In this document: piece by piece, positions 1 to 6,007 of the stretch
How the letters are laid out: every line of letters starts with the position of its first letter
Numbering within the stretch: the first letter of the stretch is position 1
NCBI GenBank assembly: GCA_038833255.1
Contig: JAWBIX010000011.1
Span: forward strand, 1 to 10,480
Origin: Nanopusillaceae archaeon
GTDB lineage: Archaea > Nanobdellota > Nanobdellia > Nanobdellales > Nanobdellaceae
Direction: 5' to 3'
Length of the DNA: 10,480 bases
Notes under the pieces: generated by a model
Databases searched by the model: none
What the model saw: only the letters and a program-made list of their open reading frames with translations
What the model was told of the DNA's origin: nothing
Program-made: the position numbers and the translations under genes

Positions 1-333
1 AATTTCTTTTAGAATGTTATATACATAATATATAAAAAACAGTAATAATGCTATTATACTAATAACTCCAGAAACTTGTAAGAAGTTTATTCTAAATGGC
101 ATTGCAATTATTACTTCTGTAAAGAAACCTATTATTGCTAACAATGAAGAAATTAACAGAAAGTTTCCAATCATGTTGGCTATACGGCTCTCTACAATAT
201 TAGAGAATACTATATACAATAGTAGATTTAGCGAAAATAAAAATAGATAGGGTATTGTTGCTATAAAAAATACTCCTAGTATTCCAAAAAACATTCCGAT
301 AATAGTTACAACAATTTTTGAAACATTGTCCAT
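1..333 (-). CDS. Integral membrane protein of unknown function (N-terminal 111 codons; the gene continues past the left edge of the window)
   Basis: Hand translation of the minus strand from ATG 333->331 gives MDNVSKIVVTIIGMFFGILGVFFIATIPYLFLFSLNLLLYIVFSNIVESRIANMIGNFLLISSLLAIIGFFTEVIIAMPFRINFLQVSGVISIIALLLFFIYYVYNILKEI. It has no stop codon through base 1. A 111-codon open frame is unlikely by chance in DNA this AT-rich. There are several long hydrophobic segments consistent with transmembrane helices. I recognise no family signature. It is missing from the ORF track, probably because it has no stop codon inside the window. Confidence 0.55.
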   Translation of the reverse strand, partial: MDNVSKIVVTIIGMFFGILGVFFIATIPYLFLFSLNLLLYIVFSNIVESRIANMIGNFLLISSLLAIIGFFTEVIIAMPFRINFLQVSGVISIIALLLFFIYYVYNILKEI

Positions 334-354
334 AAGAAAAATATTATAAAAAAA

Positions 355-362
355 TATATAAA
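355..362 (-). promoter_or_regulatory. TATA-box-like element upstream of the membrane-protein gene
   Basis: The minus strand reads TTTATATA (362->355), centred about 26 nt upstream of the ATG at 333. This is the archaeal TATA-to-start-site spacing expected for a leaderless mRNA. TATA-like strings are common in this AT-rich background, so support is weak. Confidence 0.35.
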
Positions 363-364
363 AA

Positions 365-416
365 TTTCAGTATTTAAAATATCATCATTTTTCAGAAGAC
401 TGGCAGATCATCATTA
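365..416 (-). ncRNA. C/D box sRNA (guide RNA for 2'-O-methylation)
   Basis: The minus strand reads 5'-AUGAUGA (414->408, C box) UCUGCCAGUCUU (407->396, 12 nt) CUGA (395->392, D' box) AAA (391->389) AUGAUGA (388->382, C' box) UAUUUUAAAUA (381->371, 11 nt) CUGA (370->367, D box)-3'. All four boxes match the RUGAUGA/CUGA consensus exactly. The box order, the 12/11-nt guide spacers, the 3-nt D'-C' linker and the total size of about 50 nt match the canonical archaeal C/D sRNA layout. The exact 5' and 3' ends cannot be determined from sequence. Confidence 0.85.
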
Positions 417-1055
417 TTAATATTCCTTATTAAACTTTAAATTGACAAATATAACATCTAGTAAATATTTTGATTCAATAATCTTATTATTCTCGATTTT
501 ATATTTCATAAGTTTTTGATAAAATTTTCCGACAGGAGAAATAATTATTCCATTTTCTATTTGATTTAACCAATATTTTGGAATTTCTTCTACAGAAGCA
601 TGACAAATTATTCTATCATATGGCTTATATTTTTCATATCCATAGTAACCATTCCCTAAAATAACTTCAAAATTTCTAAAAATTATTTTTTTATTTACTA
701 AATTTTCTAATTTCGAAATAGCATAATTATATGCTTTTTCATTTATTTCTATGGAAATTACTTTTCCCTTTTCCCCAACTAAATATGATAACAAGGCTGT
801 ACTAAATCCAGACCCAGTTCCTATTTCTAATATTTTTAATCCTTCCGAGATTTCTAATTCATCTAACATTAAAGCTAGAACATATGGTTGTGATATAGTT
901 ACATCATCAAATAGCGGAATTACCTCATCATAATATGCAAATTCTTTGTATTCTTCAGGAACAAACCACTCTCTTTTAATTTTTTTGAAAGCATCTAAGG
1001 TTTTTTTAGATATTCCATAGCTTTCTAAATAATTTAGTAAATCTTTTAATTTCAT
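417..1055 (-). CDS. pcm: Protein-L-isoaspartate O-methyltransferase
   Basis: 212-aa ORF. It has the SAM-binding motif I LEIGTGSGFSTALL, the PIMT-typical TISQPYVLALMLDEL segment, post-I VISIE, and C-terminal PYDRIICHASVEEIP...GIIISPVG, all in the order seen in PIMT-family enzymes. The ATG at 1055 overlaps the aor stop codon (ATGA). Confidence 0.9.
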   Translation of the reverse strand: MKLKDLLNYLESYGISKKTLDAFKKIKREWFVPEEYKEFAYYDEVIPLFDDVTISQPYVLALMLDELEISEGLKILEIGTGSGFSTALLSYLVGEKGKVISIEINEKAYNYAISKLENLVNKKIIFRNFEVILGNGYYGYEKYKPYDRIICHASVEEIPKYWLNQIENGIIISPVGKFYQKLMKYKIENNKIIESKYLLDVIFVNLKFNKEY

Positions 1056-2800
1056 ATTATTTTTAATTTTTTCAATGTTTCTTCTGTTGGTTTTCCATTA
1101 ACCCATCCTCTTTTTTTATAATAATCTTCTAACAAATCTTTAATTTCTAATTTAAATCTTTCCGGTAATTTATCTTTTTCAAAATCTAAAGATAATACAT
1201 TAAAATATCTCTCCGCAGAATAAATTCTGTTACCAATCTCTATTAATTCTTCTTCAGAAAATTCTAAACCAGTTACAGAATTTAGCAATTCGGAAATATC
1301 TCTGAAATCCAATGCATAAGAAGAAAAAGCGCAAATTACTAAAGAATCTAATATTGCAAACAAATTTTGCATATATATTACATAATCTACTTTATTATAT
1401 TTTGATTTTGGATCTAATTTATTTAATAAAATTTCATCTCTTAACATTGTCTGATTGTGATCTCCTCTATTTGAAGTAGTTAAAGCTAAATTATAACCAT
1501 ATGCTTTATCAGGATGACATAATCCAATTTCTAATCCTTTAGAAGTTGTTACAGGATAATTATATTTTTTACCTAAATAATCTGAACCTTCGGCAAGAAT
1601 ATCTCCAATATCTTTTCTAAAAGCAATATTTTTTATAAATTGGATTATTTGTTCTACATCTCCAAACTTAAAATTATATAATTTTGTTTTTTCACAAATT
1701 TCTAAAAAATTTGAAATCGTATGACCAGTTGAGATAGCATCTAAACCAAGTTCATCACATAATCCTTTTAAATATATTATAATATCAATATCTGTTATTC
1801 CTAACGAACTTCCTAAAGATACAAATCCACCCCAATACTCGGGATTTCCCCCCTCATAACTAAATTTTTCTTTAATACTTTTTACATATTTATGGCATCC
1901 TATTTGACATCCCCAACAAATTTCTTTTACAGATTTTTGGTTATCTATTCTTTTTATAAATTCTTCTTTAATTTTTGCTGTATCTATTTTTATATATTCA
2001 GAAAAATTATAAGCTGGTATTGCTCCATGAGATCCTATTCTAGATATTAACATTCCTAAAGTACCAGATTTAGACAAATCTGATAAAAGCTCATTATCTT
2101 TTAATTTTTTAATAATTTTTAGAGATATTTCCCTAAATAAATCCTCTTTAAATATTTTTGGTCTATTTTTTCCATATACAACTATAGCTTTAACTTTTTT
2201 ATAACCTAAAATACTTCCAAATCCCATTCTACCAAATGCATGATATTTTTCACACATTATATTAGCATATTTTACTAAATTTTCTCCGGCAGGTCCTATA
2301 CATGCTATAGAAACATCTGGAATATTATATTCTTTTCTGCATAACTCATATAAATAATCGTATGTTTGAAAAACAGTTTTTCCCCATATTTCGCTTGCAT
2401 CTTTAATTTCGACTTTATTTTCTATTATTGAAATATATATAGGACTTTCAGATTTTCCCTCAATTATAATTCCGTCGTATCCAGCGAATTTTAAATATGT
2501 TCCGAATTTTCCTCCAGCTGAAGACCAGGATAATCTATAATTTAATGGAGATTTTGAAACAACAATTGCTCTTCCAGGTAAAGGAGCTCCAGCAACTCCA
2601 GTAAGAGGACCATTTAAAAAAATTATTTTGTTTTTTTCAGAAAGAGGATTTACTTTTGGATCTACTTCTTTTATAAAATAATATACCCCCAATCCTCTTC
2701 CTCCAATCCAAAATTTGAAAGTATTATTATCTAAGTTTTCTATAGATATTTTTTGGCTGGATAAGTTTATTCTTAAAATTTTACCATTATACCCAAACAT
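1052..2800 (-). CDS. aor: Aldehyde:ferredoxin oxidoreductase (tungstopterin AOR family)
   Basis: 582-aa ORF. The N-terminus MFGYNGKILRINLSS...WIGGRGLG...GPLTG follows the Pyrococcus-type AOR N-terminal domain. The [4Fe-4S] ligand motif is CWGCQIGC (C-x2-C-x3-C), with a distal Cys in DSLVICAFS. Also present are GNPEYW, CDELGLDAIS, TSNRGDH and the C-terminal YYKKRGW. Confidence 0.92.
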   Translation of the reverse strand: MFGYNGKILRINLSSQKISIENLDNNTFKFWIGGRGLGVYYFIKEVDPKVNPLSEKNKIIFLNGPLTGVAGAPLPGRAIVVSKSPLNYRLSWSSAGGKFGTYLKFAGYDGIIIEGKSESPIYISIIENKVEIKDASEIWGKTVFQTYDYLYELCRKEYNIPDVSIACIGPAGENLVKYANIMCEKYHAFGRMGFGSILGYKKVKAIVVYGKNRPKIFKEDLFREISLKIIKKLKDNELLSDLSKSGTLGMLISRIGSHGAIPAYNFSEYIKIDTAKIKEEFIKRIDNQKSVKEICWGCQIGCHKYVKSIKEKFSYEGGNPEYWGGFVSLGSSLGITDIDIIIYLKGLCDELGLDAISTGHTISNFLEICEKTKLYNFKFGDVEQIIQFIKNIAFRKDIGDILAEGSDYLGKKYNYPVTTSKGLEIGLCHPDKAYGYNLALTTSNRGDHNQTMLRDEILLNKLDPKSKYNKVDYVIYMQNLFAILDSLVICAFSSYALDFRDISELLNSVTGLEFSEEELIEIGNRIYSAERYFNVLSLDFEKDKLPERFKLEIKDLLEDYYKKRGWVNGKPTEETLKKLKII

Positions 2801-2838
2801 ATTTTTTATTTAAATCTTGCTTTTTATTAATATTATTA
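2801..2838. promoter_or_regulatory. Compact divergent promoter region (aor to the left, PDCD5-like gene to the right)
   Basis: Only 38 bp separate the two divergent ATGs (2800 minus, 2839 plus). TTTATTTAAA (2805-2814, plus strand) lies about 30 nt upstream of the plus-strand ATG. TTAATAAAAA (minus strand, 2830->2821) is centred about 26 nt upstream of the minus-strand ATG. No Shine-Dalgarno motif is present on either side. Confidence 0.35.
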
Positions 2839-3114
2839 ATGAATAAGCAAAGTAAAGATATTACTAAAAAAATTGAAGAACTTTGGGAAAATGTAAAACC
2901 CTATCTAACTAAGGAAGCTATTGATAGATTATCAAATTTAAAATTAGCCCATACTGAAAAATGGTTAAATGCAATTATAATTCTAAATCAATATATAAAT
3001 AGAATGTTACTTTCTGGAAAAATTGTTAAAATCGATGAAAATCAATTAAAAAACCTATTATTTAAACTTTTTGAAGAAGAAAAAAGAAAAACGAAAATAA
3101 GATTTATAAGATAG
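2839..3114 (+). CDS. PDCD5/TFAR19-like dsDNA-binding protein (COG2118 family)
   Basis: 91-aa ORF. The segment YLTKEAIDRLSNLKLAHTEKW...SGKIVKIDENQLKNLLFKL...KRKTKIRF matches my recollection of the archaeal PDCD5 homologue pattern (ILTPEARxRLxNLRLxxPE...GRIxxKIxDEQLKELL...KKxxIKIxR). The N-terminal region looks shorter than in characterised members. Confidence 0.7.
   Translation: MNKQSKDITKKIEELWENVKPYLTKEAIDRLSNLKLAHTEKWLNAIIILNQYINRMLLSGKIVKIDENQLKNLLFKLFEEEKRKTKIRFIR
3080..3097 (-). terminator. Oligo-T tracts that are candidate terminators for the top6BA transcript
   Basis: Downstream of the top6A stop (3118), the minus strand reads ...UUAUUUUCGUUUUUCUUUUUUC. The tracts are T4 (3097->3094), T5 (3091->3087) and T6 (3085->3080). 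Archaeal RNA polymerase terminates at oligo-T. The tracts are the antisense of the Lys/Glu codons at the end of the PDCD5-like gene. Confidence 0.3.
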
Positions 3115-3117
3115 CTT

Positions 3118-4215
3118 CTAAGATAACAATTTGTCAGGATTTGATAATTTTTCTACTAAATAAACATCTGCAACAAATTCTAAAGATCTTTTTGCTAAAG
3201 CATCTTGTTCTATTTTAATTTTTTCAGTCAACATAATTGAAAATTGTCTTTGCCAATCTTTTTTATTTTTAAACCATGGATAGTTCATTAGTTCTTTTAT
3301 TCTTTTGATATCTCTTTCCTTTAATCCAATTGTAACATCTTTTAAATGATATTCTTTTATATCATCCATTGTCATTCCAACAAATTTTGCATCCGGTGTT
3401 GCTAATAATTCTGAGAAGTGTGACAGCTTCATAGAACCTCTCTTTATTACAGAATAAATATAATATCCCCATGGGTCACCATCTGTAAAAACATAAACAG
3501 GTAAATTATGTTCATATCTTAATCTATGTATTAATCTTCTAGCACCTCTTGAAGCTTGCCCCTCTGTAGAAATTAAAATACATCTATTTTTTTCAGGATA
3601 TCTTTCTTCTATCAATCTTTCAAATAATGCGTCTTTTTCAACAACTAAAACATAGTCTGCATTTATATCTACAATTTCTACTTCTTCTATTGTCGAAGGT
3701 ATTGACCATCCTCCCATTCCAAGTTTAGAACAATTCCACTCATCTCCTCTTTTTTTATCTTTCAAAGTTATATCTCCATAAACATTTCCTTTTCTATCTG
3801 CCTTTAAATGAAGCTTTTCCCTTATTACTCCTAAAGTTCTTTCTAAATCTTCTATTATTGGATCTGATTCTTTTTGACTATTAAAAGTATCTTCATTTAT
3901 TATAGGAATTGTATGTTTTAATTGATAGTAAACTTCTCTTATCGAGGCAGTTTTATTGTTTTCTATTAAATTTTTTGCTAAATATGCTATTAAAATTGTT
4001 TGTGTAAATTTTCTAGTATGTCCAAGATTAAAAAATTCTCTTCTGCCTATAGTCCTTTTTAATTTTATAAGATCTCTTATAGCGTCGTATTCTATATATT
4101 TGAGGTTTCCTCTAATTACAAATTCAAATTTTGGATTTCCTCTTTCAAATTCTTCATAAATCTTTTTAGCAAAATCTTCAATTTTTTTAAGTATTTCTGT
4201 TTTATCATCTGCCAT
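3118..4215 (-). CDS. top6A: DNA topoisomerase VI subunit A (Spo11 homologue)
   Basis: The catalytic-tyrosine region is SIREVYYQLKH, followed by FNSQKESDPIIEDLE. The Toprim acidic motifs are VVEKDALFERL and FTDGDPWGYYIY. I place the start at ATG 4215 (MADDKTEIL...). The ORF-track start at 4236 is a TTG codon seven codons further upstream and would overlap top6B by 11 nt. Confidence 0.93.
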   Translation of the reverse strand: MADDKTEILKKIEDFAKKIYEEFERGNPKFEFVIRGNLKYIEYDAIRDLIKLKRTIGRREFFNLGHTRKFTQTILIAYLAKNLIENNKTASIREVYYQLKHTIPIINEDTFNSQKESDPIIEDLERTLGVIREKLHLKADRKGNVYGDITLKDKKRGDEWNCSKLGMGGWSIPSTIEEVEIVDINADYVLVVEKDALFERLIEERYPEKNRCILISTEGQASRGARRLIHRLRYEHNLPVYVFTDGDPWGYYIYSVIKRGSMKLSHFSELLATPDAKFVGMTMDDIKEYHLKDVTIGLKERDIKRIKELMNYPWFKNKKDWQRQFSIMLTEKIKIEQDALAKRSLEFVADVYLVEKLSNPDKLLS

Positions 4216-4225
4216 TATATTATTT

Positions 4226-5965
4226 TTATTCCTCAAATTCTAAAAGTTTTTCTCTTTTAATATTGTTTATAATCTCTTCAGAAATTTTTTCAACTTCATT
4301 TTCATCTATTATTTTTAATTTTATAACATCCTTTAATATTCTTTTTATTAATTTTTTACTTTCATCAATCTTTCCATCTCTAATAAATTTTCTTATTTCT
4401 TTTACACTTTTTATTATTTCTTCTATATCTTGATGTAATTCTTTTTTAATTCTATTAATTATTTTTTCTTTAACTTTTTCTTCTTCTATATTAATAATTT
4501 TACTTAAATATTTTGATAACTCCAACCCGTATCCATATAGAGATTTGTATTTTTCTCCTATTGATTCTATAGATCTTTTTTTCTTTATAAAAAGTTCAGT
4601 TTCTCTTAATACTTTTTTAACTGCTAATTCTATCTCTTTTACAATTTCAGGATATGGTGCAATTGCCTCTTTTGATTCGGATGTAAATGGTAACCATACA
4701 GAAGCTACATGTACAAGTATTACTACAGGATCTTTAACTTTTCCTTCTTCTACTGTAAAACCATATTTTTTAAAGTTTATTTCTGAAATAGCATGAGTTA
4801 TTGCACATTCTCCCGGTTTATATAGTAAAGGAACCCTATTTGCATATCTATATATATTAAATTCTGTTATATTTCCACCATAAGCTAAACCTACTTCTAC
4901 TATGAACGTATTTCCTCTATAAACTGCAGGTTTTCTTACATAAGCCGTAACAAAATCTGGATCATATAAATATGTCAAAGATTTTATAATATTTTCTCTC
5001 CCTAAAAGGGTTATATACTTAGAGGGCAAAGCTCTTATTTTAGTAGATTGTAAGGCATTATACAAATTTTCAATATCTTCAAAAGATAAAGATCTTGGAT
5101 CTTCGTTTCCAGATAATTTTGCTTTTTTTAATATTTCTTCCGCAATTTTTGTACCTATTCCATAAAATTCTTCCATTAAAAAAGAGATAACATTATTATA
5201 TTTTGTATCTTTAATCATTCTTTCAAAAGTTCCAATCTCAATTCCATGTGGATGAGGTTTAGCTTCTTTTAGCTCTGGTACATTTTTTGAAATTCTTTTA
5301 TATTCTATTATTTCTCCATCTGGATTTACATAAGTAATTTTAGCATGAGGATTTGCTAATGCTACAAGTTCTATATAACTATCGACAGATTGTTTACCTT
5401 TAACATATTGTGCTTGTAAATATACTGTAACACTAGTTCCATGTTCTTTTTTCCAACCGATATATTTCCTTTCTTCAACTATTGGAGAATTCGTTTTGAT
5501 ATCTATTTTAATTTTGTGTAAAATAGCTTTATCCGCATTTAAAGTTTTTGTAATTATGGTTGCTGGTTTTCTAGTTGTTAATTGAGAATATAAAACTATA
5601 GCAGCCGCACCTATTCCTTGTTTTCCCCTTGTTGATACATATCTATGAAATTTACTACCATAGAGAAAACTTCCAAAAACTTCGGGTACTTTATCATAAG
5701 GTATACCAGGTCCATTATCCTCTACGGTAATTCTATATATTTCTTTGTTTATCCTTTCTATTTCTATATAGATATCCGGTAATATTTTTGCCTCTTCACA
5801 AGCATCTAAAGAATTATCTACAAGCTCTTTTACACCAATTAAGAGAGCTTTTCTTAAATTTTCAAATCCCAATAAGTGTCTATTTTTTTCAAAAAATTCT
5901 GCTATAGAAACTCTTTTAAAATTTTTGTAAAGTTCTATAGATTCTTTTAGAGCATTATTTGCCAT
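4226..5965 (-). CDS. top6B: DNA topoisomerase VI subunit B (GHKL ATPase)
   Basis: 579-aa ORF. The Bergerat-fold motifs are ELVDNSLDA (N box), DNGPGI (G1) and GKQGIGAAA (G2). An H2TH-like segment is present (FYGIGTKIAEEILKKA). The transducer-domain motif FTSESKEAIA carries the conserved Lys. The gene sits immediately upstream of top6A, as in other archaea. Confidence 0.95.
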   Translation of the reverse strand: MANNALKESIELYKNFKRVSIAEFFEKNRHLLGFENLRKALLIGVKELVDNSLDACEEAKILPDIYIEIERINKEIYRITVEDNGPGIPYDKVPEVFGSFLYGSKFHRYVSTRGKQGIGAAAIVLYSQLTTRKPATIITKTLNADKAILHKIKIDIKTNSPIVEERKYIGWKKEHGTSVTVYLQAQYVKGKQSVDSYIELVALANPHAKITYVNPDGEIIEYKRISKNVPELKEAKPHPHGIEIGTFERMIKDTKYNNVISFLMEEFYGIGTKIAEEILKKAKLSGNEDPRSLSFEDIENLYNALQSTKIRALPSKYITLLGRENIIKSLTYLYDPDFVTAYVRKPAVYRGNTFIVEVGLAYGGNITEFNIYRYANRVPLLYKPGECAITHAISEINFKKYGFTVEEGKVKDPVVILVHVASVWLPFTSESKEAIAPYPEIVKEIELAVKKVLRETELFIKKKRSIESIGEKYKSLYGYGLELSKYLSKIINIEEEKVKEKIINRIKKELHQDIEEIIKSVKEIRKFIRDGKIDESKKLIKRILKDVIKLKIIDENEVEKISEEIINNIKREKLLEFEE

Positions 5966-5988
5966 TTAATAATAATTTAAAATTAAAA

Positions 5989-5996
5989 TTTATAAA
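5989..5996 (-). promoter_or_regulatory. TATA-box-like element for the top6B-top6A operon
   Basis: The palindromic TTTATAAA (5989-5996) is centred about 27 nt upstream of the top6B ATG at 5965. It lies in the 42-bp spacer after the KH-gene stop and implies a leaderless or near-leaderless transcript. Confidence 0.4.
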
Positions 5997-6007
5997 TATG
6001 GTAACTT

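Noticed and set aside
396-407. The predicted D' guide target AAGA-CUGGCAG-A resembles a tRNA anticodon arm: CU-GGC-A as positions 32-37 of a GGC (Ala) anticodon loop. That would put the methylation at C32.
   Set aside because: This over-reads a 12-mer. Position 38 would be G, positions 31/39 would be an A-A mismatch, and an AAGA stem strand is atypical for a (hyper)thermophile tRNA. No tRNA sequence is available in the window to test it. A whole-genome target search would cover the idea anyway.
751-933. 60-aa plus-strand ORF from the ORF track
   Set aside because: It lies entirely antisense within the well-supported pcm gene. The translation is low-complexity and S/N/P-rich with no recognisable motif, and there is no promoter context. 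It is most likely a chance open frame.
902-958. UGAUGA-like strings (minus-strand equivalents at about 909->902 and 930->925) and a CUGA (958->955) inside pcm
   Set aside because: On the minus strand the CUGA precedes the UGAUGA strings, and the spacing of about 24 nt does not fit any C/D arrangement. The whole stretch lies inside a conserved coding region. I scanned the other CUGA and UGAUGA occurrences on both strands by eye and found none with a compatible partner box.
3956-4159. 67-aa plus-strand ORF from the ORF track
   Set aside because: It is fully embedded antisense in top6A. The F/L/I/S-rich translation is typical of the reverse complement of K/E/I-rich coding sequence. There is no independent support.
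4237-4520. A long, monotonous A/T-rich stretch that looks like a tandem repeat or low-complexity non-coding DNA
   Set aside because: It stays in frame as the K/E/I-rich C-terminal tail of top6B, with no stop codons. I could find no exact repeating unit, so it is compositional low complexity within coding sequence.
4545-4796. 83-aa plus-strand ORF from the ORF track
   Set aside because: It is fully embedded antisense in top6B with no recognisable domain. It is an artefact of the same shadow-frame kind.
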